DNA of 64,000 nt, taken from Scenedesmus sp. PABB004 (taxonomy: Eukaryota). Position numbers and translations under genes: made by a program. The notes below the pieces were generated by a model. It saw only the letters and a list, made by a program, of their open reading frames with translations. It was not told the DNA's origin and searched no databases. This document shows, in pieces, positions 27,501 through 39,365 of the stretch. The stretch spans positions 558,001 to 622,000 of the forward strand of contig JABVCE010000022.1 in assembly GCA_014905635.1 (NCBI GenBank), read 5' to 3'. Position 1 is the stretch's first letter, and the number at the start of each line of letters is the position of its first letter.

Positions 27501-29752
27501 TGCTGCCAGGCAGCTTCCGGCTGGCTGGCGCGGGGAACTCGCCGGCGGCCGGCAGCCACGGCAGCCCCGCGCCCGGCAGCCGCGGCGGCGCGGCGCTGGG
27601 CGGCGGCCACGGGCTGCTGGGGTACGTGCTCGCGCAGCAGGGCGGCGCCGCGGGGCACGGTCACGCCGACAGCCCCGCGGGCTCGATCTCCTTCGCGCCG
27701 TCAGCCGGCAGCGCGGGCCCCCCGGGCGCGCCCGGGGGCGGCAGCGCGGAGCACACGCCCGTGCACAGCAACGCGACCAAGGCCGCGGCGCTGGGGGAGC
27801 GCGCCGCGGCCGACGGCGGCGGCGAGGGCGGCGCCGGCGCGGCGCTGGGCGCGGGCCCGCGCCTGCCGCCGCCGCCGCCGCTGGCCATCGGCCACCCCGC
27901 CGGCGCGCAGACGCCGCTGAGCGACCTCAACATGGCGGCCGCGGCGGCGGCCGCCGCCGCCGCGAGCGCCGGCCTGCCGACGCCGACGTTCTGGCAGCGC
28001 CAGGCCGCGGGCGGCGCGGGCGCGGGCGGCGACGCCGACGCGTGCCTGGCGGGCATGCTGTTTGCGGGCGGGCCCGGCGCGGGCGGGGGCAGCCTGTCTG
28101 AGATGACGCCCAGCAGCCTCTTCCTCGCCAGCCTGCTCGCCGCGGGCGGCACGCCGACAGACGTCTTCCTCACTTCGCCGCTGCCGCCCATCGGCTCGGC
28201 GCTGCGCGGCGCGGCGACGACTGGCCCGCACCGCCTCGGCGGCGGCGGCCGCCTCGGCGACGTCACGCCCGTGCTGCTGAGCATGTGCGCCGGCGCGCCG
28301 GGCTCGGCCGCCGCGGGCAGCGGCAGCGCGGGCGCCCGCGCGCGCGGCGCGGGCGGCGCGTGGCAGCGCGGCGCCGGCGGGCGCGGCCGGAGCGGCGTGG
28401 GCGTGAGCGCGCTCTGCACGGGCTGGCCCGGCAGCGCCGCCGCGGCGGGCGCCGGCGCACCGGCGCCGCCGCCGCGCGGCGCCCAGCCGGCAGCCGCGCC
28501 GGGCGTGGGCGTGCAGCCGCAGCCGCAGCCCCAGGACGACGCGCCGGCCAGCGGCGTCAAGGCCGACACGGACAAGGCGGCGGCGCGCGCAGCGGCGCAC
28601 GACGGCGGCGGCGTGACGAGCCTGCTGGCGGCTGCGAGCTTCATCTCCAGCCCGGGCTTTGAGGCGGACGAGGTGCGGGCGGCGGCAGGGGAGCGCGCCG
28701 CGCGGGAGCACGCCGTGCGGCGCGCTGCGGCTCACGCCGCGGCCGCGACGCGGCCGCCGGCGCGCCGCAGGCGCCCGCCAAGCGGCAGCGGCAGGACGCG
28801 GGCGGCGACGCGGCGCCGGGCGGCGGCGAGCAGCCGGGCGTGTGCGCGGGCAAGCTGGCGCGCGGCCTGCAGGCTGAGCAGGACACCAAGTGCGCCGCCG
28901 ACGCGCCGGCGGGCTCCGACCGGCTGCTCGCGTTTGCAGCCGCGGTTGCGGCGTCTGCCGGCGCGTCCGCGGGCGGGAGCGACGGAGCGCACGCCGGCGG
29001 CGCGGCGGCGGCGGGCGCCGCGCGGGACGCGGCGCCGCCGCCTGGCGCGCCTGCCGGCGGCGCCGGCAGCCAGGGACTCGCGGACTGGGGCTCCCAGCCA
29101 GGGCTGAGCTGGCCCGCCGCGCAGGCGGCCAGTGCCAGCAGCGGCCAGGCGCAGGGCGCCGCGGGCGCGCAGCAGCCAGCGGCGCAGGCGCAGCAGCCAG
29201 CGCCTGCGGAGCAGCAGCGCGGCGCGGCAGCGCAGCAGGACGCGCGGCACGGCGCGAGCGAGGCCATGGACGTGGACCGCGAGCAGCCCACGCCGCCGGC
29301 GGCTGCCGCGCTGTCGCCGGCCTCCCAGCAGAAGTGCGCGCGGCGGCCGGTCAAGCCGTGCCCGGTGTGGCAGCAGCTCCAGCAGCAGCACGGCGCGGGC
29401 TGGCCGCCCTCGTCGCCGGCCGTCGGCGGCAAGGTGCGCGCGCTGGGCTCGCAGGTCGGCCGCCGACCTGGGGCTCGCTTGCTCGCAGTTGCCGTTCCAC
29501 GGCAGCGCCCTCCCACCACCACCACGGACACCTCCGCCCGCCCCGCCCCGCCCGCAGGCCGTGCGCGGCGCGCCCCTGCCCGCCCCGGGCTGCGCCCGTG
29601 CCGCGGAGCACGACGCGCTGCTGCAGTCGCCGCCGGCGCTGCCCAAGCCGCGCGAGTGCGGGGGCCAGGACCGCAGCCCCAGCATCGAGAGCTTTGCTGC
29701 AGCCGACGCCATGCTGGCACTGTGCGACCCCTCGCACTTCCGGCAGCGCTAG
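24527..29752 (+). CDS. CRC-domain (tesmin/TSO1/LIN54-like) protein
   Basis: [34 protein letters not shown]...AFQSK|..[37 protein letters not shown]. Long low-complexity C-terminus joined by GT-AG introns, with one apparent frameshift near 26160. The 3' extent is less certain. Confidence 0.88.
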
Positions 29753-31192
29753 TGGGCTGGCCGCCTGGCTGGCTGGCCGCTGCCCGGCGGCTCCCGCGGC
29801 GCGGGCGCATGGCGAGGGACAGGGGGCGGGGCCTGGGGAACTGGGGTGCGGGCGTGGGGAGGGCGACGCTGCAGTTAACAGTGGCGTGCGCTGCCGTTGG
29901 AGTCGGTCAGCCACCTCCACAGCACGCTCCGGGCCACTTGCAGCGACACACAGCCCACCCACACAGGTTCAAAGAGAGAAGTCGCCCCAGGGCCCCAGTC
30001 CTTCCGAGGCCTGCCGAGGCCTGCCGAGGGTGCGGTTGCCGTGCGGCCACACGCACAGACCGCGCACGCACGCACACACGCACACAGCCCAGCCCAGACG
30101 GCAGCAGTTCGAGCGCCACGACGACACGTTATTGCGTGGCCACGCCTCCCACACCCACCCACCAAGAGCCCCGGCGCGCCGCGCCCAGGCGCGGCGCACG
30201 CGCGGCATGCGTTTCTCAGTGTTCTAGCTGTCGGCGGCAAGGGCCAACGCCACAAAGCGTTGGTGTTTTGCGCTTGCTCGCGGCTCGCGTACGCGGCCCC
30301 GGGGGGTCGCCGCCGTGCTGCGGTGCTATGGTGCACCGGCGGCGGCCGCCCCGGCGGCCCCCAATATCGTCGCCGTCACTCGACACAAGAGACAGGGAGC
30401 GGGTGGCCACGGGATTTGAGCTGCTGTAGGCAGCGGTTGCTGCAGCTCAAACCCGCGCCGTGCATTGATGGAAACACACCGCCCGATATGCCAACTGGAT
30501 CCGCGCCGCGGACGCGCCCCCGCCAGGTGGCGGCGGCGCGCCCCGGCCCCTCGCGCTGCGGCGGCGGGCAGGGCTGCTGGTGGGCCGGTGTCGGGCGGCG
30601 CGCGGGGCGCCGCCGAGCCCCAGCCCTGCCTCGCCGCCGTGGGAGCGCAATGGCGCTCGCCCCTCCTCCTCCCCCCTCTGCCCTCGGCCACTCCCCGCCC
30701 CTTCCTGTGCAGGCCAGCATGACACGCCGCCGCGGGGCACGCGCGCAAGCTCAAGCCATGGCAGTCCCGCATGCACCCGTCGCTGTTCACCGCCTGCTGT
30801 GCGTGCTGCGCCGCGCGCAGCGGAGCGCGCCCACCCGCCGCCGCCCAGTGGCGGGGGCGCCGTGCCCGCCAGCAGCCAGCGCGGGCCGGGCTGTCCCTGT
30901 GCGCCGCGGTCGGCCGCGTGTGGTGTACACCCCCGTGCGCCATGTGCCCCTCCGCCGCCGCCACCGGCCAGCCGCCGCGCAGTGATCAGTGCTGGCGAGT
31001 GCGCGCCCGGCCCGCCCCACAGGAGGAGAGCGCCGGGCGCTGCGCGGCGCCGCCGTGCGCGCGGTTCAAGCGTGCGTCGAGGCGGCCGCCTCACTCGAAG
31101 CCGTGCCGCCGCCAACCAGGGCCGGGGGCGCGGCGTGGCCGTGTGCCCCCGCGCGCCGCGGCGCGGGGCTCAGTCAGTCGTGCGGGCCGCGG

Positions 31193-31450
31193 TCAGTCGA
31201 GGCAGAGCAGGTCTGCCGCCACGTCCTCGGGCGCAAGCATGCTGGCCATGTCATCCAGGGCGCCCAGCAGGCAGTCGTCGTCGCGGCCGAGCCCGCCCAG
31301 CCCGCCCAGGTCGGCCAGGTCGCCGAGGCCGCCGCCGAGCGCGGACGCGCCGCCGAGCAGCGCCTCGTCGCGCGGTGCGGCGGCGCCGGCGCCGCCCCGC
31401 GCGCGAGCACGGCCGACTCGAGGACGCCCAGCGCGGCGGCGCTCGCGAGG

Positions 31451-31505
<55 letters not shown>

Positions 31506-32447
31506 GCGCGTCGGGGTGGCTGTTGTGGAAGCTGGCAAACGCGCCCACGCTCGCGCTGCGGCGCGCGGGCGGGCCGACCGCCGACGGCGCCGGGCCGGAC
31601 GGCACAAAGCCCGCGCCGCGCAGCACGGGCGGCAGCGGGCCGAGCGCGTGCGGCCGCGGCCCGCGCCCGGCCAGCCCGGCGCGCCGCCGTCGGGCGCGCA
31701 CGCCAGCATCAGGTTGGGCGCGCTCGCGGCGCGGCTGGCGGGGCCGAGCGGCGCGCCGCGCGGCGAGTAGCCGCCGCGCGGCGAGTAGCCGCCGCCGCCG
31801 CCGCCGCCCGGGCCGTAGCGCCCGCCGCCGTACGGCAGCTGGTAGGGGTGCGGCCGGCGGCCCCCCGGCGGCGGCGGCGCCGCGCCGAGCGGCTCGAGCG
31901 GCCGCCCGCGCACGGGGCCGCCCGCGGCAAAGGGCGGCGGGCCGGGCATGTAGACGCCGGCCGCCGCCGCCGCCTGGCAGCACTCCCAGCAGTCGCAGCC
32001 GTCCGGCCCCGGCCCGGGGCCCATGGGCGCCCCGTAGGGCGCTGGGCCCCCCATGGGCGCCCCGTACAGCAGGCCCAGCCCCGGCGGCGGCGGGCCGTAC
32101 GGCCGGCCGCCGCCGTACGGCGGCGGCGCGTAGAAGCCGGGCGGGCCAGAGGGGTCGGCCGGCCAGGCGCCGCCGGCGCGCGGGTCGCCGAAAGCGTCAA
32201 AGCCCCGCGCCAGCCGCGCGCCGCCGCCGGGCGCGGGCAGGAACGGCGCGGGCGGCACGCCGCCGCTGCTGCGGCGCCGCCCGCCGTCGGCCGGCGCACG
32301 TGGGCTGGCCGCGAGCGGGCCGGGCGCGGCGCGGCGCGCGCTGCTGGGCGTCCCGGGCGGCTGCGCGGTCGCGGCCTCGGCCGCTGCCGGGTCGCCCTGC
32401 GCGGCCTGCTGGTCCCTGGCCGGCGCCACGTCGTCGCCGTCGCCGCC

Positions 32448-32479
<32 letters not shown>

Positions 32480-35058
32480 CGTGCGCGGGCTTGGCGCCGC
32501 TGTCGCTGCTCGCCGCGGGCGCCTCGCCGCATGGCGCGGCCGCCGCGGGCGCCGCCGCCGCGCCGCCGCCGCTGTCGCTGCCCGCCGCGTCGGCGGACGT
32601 CCCCAGGGAGGGCCGCGCCGCGCCGGCCGCCGCGTCGGCGCCGCCCGCGGCCAGGCGGTTGACGCTCAGTGATGAGCCGAACGAGCCAAATGAGCCGAGC
32701 GCGCCGCGCGCCGCCGGCGCGCGCGCGCCCGCGCCGCCGCTGTGCTGCGCCGCGCCGGCGCTGTCGCTGAGGCTCCGGCTGCTGCCCACCGTGCCCAGGC
32801 CGGCCGCGGGGGGCGAGCCGCCGGCGCGCGGCACCAGCGGGCTGCTGCCCGAGCCAGCCCCGGCTGGCGCCGCGGCGGCGGCCGCCGCGCCGCCGCCGTG
32901 GCCCGCCGTCCAGTCCATGGGCTCGGGCTGGCCGCCGCCGGCGCCGCCCGGCGGCGCCCAGTACTGCGCGGGCGACGCGTGCCAGCCGGGCTGGCAGCAG
33001 GGCCCGGTGCAGTAGCCGGGGGCGGGGCCGTCAAACGGCCCCGGCCCGGCGCCGTACTGCCACGCCCCGCCGGCGTGGCCCCACTCGCCGCCGCGGGCAA
33101 AGGGACCCGGCTGGCCGTAGGGCAGGTGCTGGCTCGGCCCGTAGCTGGGCGGGGCGTAGCCGGCGGGGCCGCAGCTCGGCGGGCCGCACTCGTCGCCGCC
33201 GGCCATGCTGCTGGGCGCGTAGCCCGTGGCGCCCGAGTGGCTGCTGGCGCCGGGGCCGGGCCCGCCCGCGCTGCCCAGGCCCTGCAGCTGCGCCGACCAG
33301 GTGCCGGGCGGTCCCGCGGCGGCCGCGGCGGCCGCGTCCAGCGTGCCGCTGCCCGCCGCGCTGCCGCCAGTCAGCAGCGCGGGGCTGCCGCCGCAGCTGC
33401 TGACCTCGGAGCTGTTCATCGTGCACGAGGGCAGCGCCTGCGCCTCGCCCTTGCACGCGCCGCCGTCCTGCGACGGCGACAGTGACCAGCCGCCGGACCC
33501 CGCGTCGCCGCCGGGCGGCGCCACGCGCAGGCGGCGGTACGCGGCGCCCGCGCCGGCGGCCGCCCGCTGCGCCTGCGCGGGGCGGTTGGGGCTGCACGCG
33601 GTGGCCGCGCCCGCCAGCGCGCTCGGAAGGCCATAGCCGGGCGTGGCCGCCGCGGCCGCCGGGTCCAGCGCCAGCGCGAGCTCCGCGGCGTCGACGCCGC
33701 CAGACGTCGCCACGCACGCGCCGTCGGCCGCCGGCGCGGCGAGCGCCGCGCCGCCGCCGCCCCTGGCCGCCCTGCCCGGCGCCCTGGCCGCCGCGGCAGC
33801 GGCCGCCGCCGCGGCTGCGTCGCTCTCGGTGCTGCTGTCGCTCCAGCGCGGCGCGCGCGCCCTGCTGGCGCGGCGCTTGGTCACCTTGCCGCGCAGCGCG
33901 CCGCCCTTGGACGCGCCGGGCTGCGCGGGGACGGCCGGGCGCGGCGGCGGCGACGGCGGCGGCGGCGCGTGAGCTGGCGCCGCGGCCCGCGCTGCCTGTG
34001 CGTTTTGCGGCAGGGGAGGGCGGCGGGCCCACCTTACTCAGGATGGCGCGGCACGCCTGCTCCTGCGGCGCGCCGTGCTCCGGGTGCGCCAGCAGCCACT
34101 CCAGCGTGGCGCCATCGGACAGGTACCTGCACGGGGGCGGCGGGCGCCGCGCGCGTCGGCCGCTGCCGCGCGCGTGGCGCGGCGGCCGCGGCCCGGCGCG
34201 GCCGCGGCGCGGCGCAGGCTGGCGCGCGCCTGTTTTTGAGGGTGCCGTTCTGGTGCTTGCGGTTGAGCGTGGCGTGCCAGTGGTTCTTGACGGCGTTGTC
34301 GGTCCGCCCGTTGAGCAGGCGCGCGATGGCTGCGGGGAGGGGCGGGGCGGGTGTGCGCGCCGGGCGTGCAGGCAGCACGCCGGCAGCAGCGCCGGCCCCT
34401 GCCAGGCACGCGGCGGCGGCGTGGCGCGAGAGCCCCCGGCATGCGCACCTGCCCAGCGGTTCTGGTGCACCGTCTGCGCCTGCGGGCGGGCGGGCGCGCG
34501 CGCGCGCGGCGCGTGAGCGGCGGCGCCAGGGCTGCGCCAGGCCTGCCAGCTGCTGCCGTCGCCAAATCGCACCTGAACGATGACCGCCTGCTCCCACTCC
34601 GAAAACGGCAGCTTGGAGACCGTCGGGTTGAGCTGGTTGTGCCACCTGCGCGCCGCGATTGCGTGAGGTCGTCGCAAGGATTGGGCAGCCTCTGGCGCCC
34701 AGCCCGCGCCGCCGCGCCCGGCTCCGCGCCACCCATCGATCGCGGGCGCGGCGAATGCATGTCACGCGCCCACGCGCGGCCCGCGGCGTTGCCCACCTGA
34801 GCCGGCAGGACTTGCCCGACCGCCCCGCGATGCCCGCGGCTATGATGGACCAGCTCTGCGTGCCATGCTGCTTCACAAGGGACTGGAGCAGCTCGTCCTC
34901 CTGCGGCGGCGCGCCAGGGTGAGCCGGGGGGCGCAAGTGGGGCTACGCGTCGCGCGAGATGGCCGCCCCGCCGCGCCGCGCCGCACCTCCGGGCTCCACG
35001 CGCCCTTCCTGCTCTCGCCGCACGCGTCCTGCGCAGCCTCGGCGTCGCTGGCGGCCAT
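31193..35058 (-). CDS. R2R3-MYB transcription factor
   Basis: RKGAWSPE|EDELL..SWSIIAAGIAGRSGKSCRLR|WHNQLNP..PFSEWEQAVIVQ|AQTVHQNRWA|AIARLLNGRTDNAVKNHWHATL. The acidic C-terminus ...LDDMASMLAPEDVAADLLCLD* is reached only with apparent frameshifts near 31375 and 31660. Confidence 0.92.
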
Positions 35059-37029
35059 GGCCGCGGCGCCCGCGGGCCGCAGAGCTCGCTGCACCGCCCG
35101 CCTAGCGCGTGGGACGGCGCGGTCTATGCGCGTAGCGTCGCCATCACACGTTCCTAGCGCGATTGGGTGTGGGGGCGGCGCGCGGGAGCACGCGTTTTGC
35201 CGCCAGGCTGGCTGGTTGATGCGACCGGCGCCCGCGACCCACGCCGCGTCGCGGCGTGCCGAGTGCGCCGCCGGGGCGCGACGCGCCGCCGCAGCCTGCT
35301 CCGGCGCCTCCGCGCGGCCGCGGCGGCCGCGCGTCACCGGCGGCGCGACATCACCGCCGCTGAGGCGCGGCCGGCCGGCGGCGGGCGCGGCGGGCGTGGC
35401 GGGCGCGGTGGGCGCGGCGGGCGCGGGGCGGCACACAGCGCTTACCAGCCGCCCGGCGCCAGGGGCGGCGCCCACCCTGGAGCCCTGCCGGTGCCGCGCA
35501 GGGCAGCCGCCGAAAGCGGCGCGCGCGCGCGCGAGCCAGGCGGCCAGCCAGGCCTCAGCTCGCGCTGGCCGGCGGCTGCCACTCCTTGAACGCCGCGCCG
35601 TCCCACTCCCACCACTTGGCGCCGTCCCAGTAGCACCCGCTCGCGGCGTCCCACGCCAGCCCCGACGCGGCGCTGAAGTACATGCCGCGCGCGCCGTCCC
35701 ACGTGTACCCCGGCGGCGCGGCGGCGGTGCCTGGCGCGGGCGCCTCCGCCAGCCGCTTGACCTGCGCGCGCGCGCGCGCGTGGGGCGGGCGAGCGGGGCG
35801 CGAAGCCTCGCCCATGCGCCTCGGCAGCTCTGGCGGCCTGCGGGGGCTGGCTGGGGTCTCTGCTGGCCGGCGGCCCGCGCTGCCAGCGCACCTCGCTGAC
35901 CAGCTCCGCCTTGTCCACCATGCCGGCGCTGTCCACGCCGCGCTCGCGAGGAAGCGGCGCAGCTCCTTGACCGGCCACGCGCCATAGTCAACCGCGGCGG
36001 CAGCTGCGCAGCTGCCGCCGCGGCGCCGGCATGCCGGCGCCGCGCCCATCTCGGCGTCGCTGGCGGCCATGGCCGCGGCGCCCGCGGGCCGCAGAGCTCG
36101 CTGCACCGCCCGCCTAGCGCGTGGGACGGCGCGGTCTATGCGCGTAGCGTCGCCATCACACGTTCCTAGCGCGATTGGGTGTGGGGGCGGCGCGCGGGAG
36201 CACGCGTTTTGCCGCCAGGCTGGCTGGTTGATGCGACCGGCGCCCGCGACCCACGCCGCGAGTCGCGGCGTGCCGAGCGCGCCGCCGGGGCGTGACGCGC
36301 CGCCGCAGCCTGCTCCGGCGCCTCCGCGCGGCCGCGGCGGCCACAGGTCACCGGCGGCGCGACATCACCGCCGCTGAGGCGCGGCCGGCCGGCGGCGGGC
36401 GCGGCGGGCGCGGCGGGCGCGGGGCGGCACACAGCGCTTACCAGCTGCCCGGAGCCAGGGGCGGCGCCCACCCTGGCGCCCTGCCGGTGCCGCGCAGGGC
36501 AGCCGCCGCGGTGCCGCCGCGCGAAAGCGCTTTCGCGCGGCGCGCGCGCGCCCGAGCCAGGCGACCAGCCAGGCCTCAGCTCGCGCTGGCCGGCGGCTGC
36601 CACTCCTTGAACGCCGCGCCGTCCCACGCCCACCACTTGGCGCCGTCCCAGTAGCACCCGCTCGCGGCGTCCCACGCCAGCCCCGACGCGGCGCTGAAGT
36701 ACATGCCGCGCGCGCCGTCCCACGCGTACCCCGGCGGCGCGGCGGCGGTGCCTGGCGCGGGCGCCTCCGCCAGCCGCTTGACCTGCGCGCGCGCGCGCGC
36801 GTGGGGCGGGCGAGCGGGGCGCGAAGCCTCGCCCACGCGCCTCGGCAGCTCTGGCGGCCTGCGGGGGCTGGCTGGGGTCTCTGCTGGCCGGCGGCCCGCG
36901 CTGCCAGCGCACCTCGCTGACCAGCTCCGCCTTGTCCACCATGCCGGCGCTGTCCACGCCGCGCTCGGCGAGGAAGCGGCGCAGCTCCTTGACCGGCCAC
37001 GCGCCGTAGTCAACCGCGGCGGCAGCTGC
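35038..37029. repeat. ~1 kb tandem segmental duplication (copy A 35038-36007, 42-bp filler, copy B 36050-37029)
   Basis: Near-identical sequence starting ctcggcgtcgctggcggccatgg and ending tagtcaaccgcggcggcagctgc in both copies, with scattered substitutions and indels. Confidence 0.95.
35555..36070 (-). CDS. Candidate chimeric ORF: MYB first 7 codons + filler + CD2BP2-like C-terminus (OCRE-like domain)
   Basis: MAASDAE-MGAAPACRRRGGSC-AAAAVDYGAWPVKELRRFLA...VKRLAEAP...GYTWDGARGMYFSAASGLAWDAASGCYWDG...ASAS*; open from the duplicated ATG to the duplicated stop. Confidence 0.5.
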   Translation of the reverse strand: MAASDAEMGAAPACRRRGGSCAAAAAVDYGAWPVKELRRFLASAAWTAPAWWTRRSWSARCAGSAGRRPAETPASPRRPPELPRRMGEASRPARPPHARARAQVKRLAEAPAPGTAAAPPGYTWDGARGMYFSAASGLAWDAASGCYWDGAKWWEWDGAAFKEWQPPASAS

Positions 37030-38937
37030 TGCCGGCTGCGCCGGCGCCGGCGCCGGCGCCGCGCCGGCGTCCGCTTCGCCGGGCGCGGCCGCGGCCGCGG
37101 GCACGCCCGCCGCGCCGGAGACGGCGGGCTGCTCCTGCGCGGAGGGGGGCGGCTTGGCCGGCGGCGGCGCCTCGTCGTCGCTGGCAAACATGTTGCCATC
37201 GCCGCCGTCGTCACCGCCTGGCGCGGGGCGGGAGCGGCTCGGCGCGCGCGCCCCGCGCGCCCCGCGCGCCCCGCGCGCGCCCCGCCCCTGCACCGGCGCC
37301 GGCGCTGCCCGCCAGCCCCGCACCCTGCAGCAGGTCTGTCGCGGGCAGCACCGCCGCCGCCCAGCGCTCGAGCTGCTCGCGCCGGTGGCTGTACACGTCC
37401 AGCTCGCCCCCCGCGCTCAGCAGCAGGTCGGCCAGCTCAGTCAGCCGACCAAAGTCACGCTCCGCGGCCGCGGCGTCGGCGGCGCCGCCGCCGGCTGCGG
37501 CGCCCTTGGCGGCCGCCGCCGCCGCCGCCGCCGCGAGGCGCTGCTTCTCCCGCTTGCCCAGCGCTGCGTGCGGAAGGCGCGTGCAGGGGCGGGTGTGTTG
37601 TCTGGAGATGCAGGCCGCGGAGCCGGGCGCAGCTGCCCAGCTGGCCGGCAGGCCGCGCCCGTTGCTGCCGCCCGCCGCCCGCCGCCCGCCGCCCGCCGCA
37701 CCTTTGCCCGCCGCGGCGCCGCCGGCCGGCCGCCGCGCCGCGCCGAGGCGCCGCAGCCCCGCCGCCACGGTCTCGCCCGGCAGCAGCAGCGCCGCGGCCT
37801 CGCGCTGCGCGCGCGCGACCGCCGCCTCGCCCAGCGCCGGCGCCGCGTCGGCCGCGTCCAGCGCCGCCTGCCGCGCCGCCGCAGCGGCCTTGCCCTTCTC
37901 GCTGGCCTGCTTGGCTGCGCGGCCGCGTGTGCGAGCGCGACGCGAGCGTGAGAGGCGCAGGCGCGCGCCTCTCAACCGCGTGGCTGCCGCGGCCGCGGCC
38001 GGGCGGCGCCGCCGCCGCCCCCATCCCGCGCCGCGCCCGCCGCCGCCGCGGCTCACCCTCCTCGGAGTTGAGCCACGCATCTGCTGCGGCGTCGTCGTCC
38101 GGCGGCGGGACGTAGTTTCCCTGCCGCGGCGCGCAGCGCGGGCGGCGGCCGGCGCGTGAGCGGCGCCGCCGCGCCGCCGCGCCGACGCGCGCGGCCGCCG
38201 CGGAGCTGCGCCGCCGCCGGCGCACCTCCTCGTCGATGTTTCCCTCCTCCCGCTCCGCGGCCATGTTGAAGCCGGTGACCGCGTAGCCGCCGTCGCCCTC
38301 CATCGCCGCGGCGACCGCTTCGCTCACGCCGCGCAGCCGGCCGCGCGCGACGCGCGCGACGGCGCCGCCGCCGCCGCCCTCCTCCTCCTCCTCCTCGCAC
38401 GCCGCGAGGTCGCCCGGGAGGGCCGTCTCGTCGTCGTCGGCGGCTGCGGCGCGCGCGCGGCGCGCGTGGGGCCGCGGCGCCGTGCCACGCGGGGCATGGC
38501 CCGCGCCGCCGCCGACGCCGCCGCGCCGCGCCGCGCCGCGCTGCCGCCGCGCCGCGCCGGGCCGCACCCTGGCCGCGCTTGCGCCGCGCGGCGCGGCGCG
38601 TCGCCGCCATGCCGACGAGGCTCTCCTTGACGGGGCCACCCTCCTCGCGCTCAATCTCAGCCAGCGTCTGGCCCTTGGCCTTGCCGCGCGGCGCGGCGGC
38701 GGGGCCTGGCGGCGCGGGCGGCGGCGGCGGGCGCGGTCGGCGGCGGGCGCGGTCGGCGGCGGCGGCCCCCCGGCAGCGCGCGGCGGCGGCGGCAGTGCTG
38801 CTGCGCGGCGCACCGCCGGCGTCGCCGCCCTTCTTGGCGCGCTTGGCCTGCTGCTCCTCCGCCAGCGCCGCCTGGATCAGGCGCTCCGTCTCATCGTCAC
38901 GCGGGCGCTTGCCCACCTCGGGCAGGGGCAGGGACAT
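36576..38937 (-). CDS. CD2BP2/LIN1 (U5-52K)-like splicing factor with C-terminal OCRE-like domain
   Basis: TGFNMAAEREEGNIDEE|GNYV...DAWL, LLLPGETVAAGLRRLG, FGRLTELADLLL..ELDVYS, NMFASDDE and terminal GYAWDGARGMYFSAASGLAWDAASGCYWD. Confidence 0.85.
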
Positions 38938-39365
38938 GGTTGCCCTCGTCTGCTGGGCGGGGCGCGAGCGGAAGGCGGCGCTGCTGCCGCCTGCGCGCAC
39001 AGGGCGCCCGACCGGGCGGCGGGCTGCTCTGCGGGCCAACGACGAAGAGGAGAGTCGCCGGAGCGAGCGGGCGTCGAGCCGACGGCGAGCGGCGCAGCGG
39101 CAGAGCGGCCGCTGCCGCTGCTGGTGCGGAAGGGCTGCGCTGGCTGCCGTCGCCGCCGCTGCTGGCGAGCAGACGCGCACACACTGGGGGGCCCTGGGGC
39201 GCCGGCGATGGCAGACGCCCGACAGCGGCGCGGTCGTAAAACCGCGTGTGACGACTCCGGCCCGCGCGGCTGCCCACGCGCGCCGGCGCCGCGCACTGCC
39301 GCCCACTCCCGACAGCCCCTCCCCCCCCCCCCCTGGCCAGCCACACGCCCGCCCGACCAGCAGCC

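Noticed and set aside
10525..35058. Apparent cluster of regulators (SBP, TZF, CRC, MYB)
   Set aside because: Unrelated families interspersed with other genes; no evidence of functional linkage.
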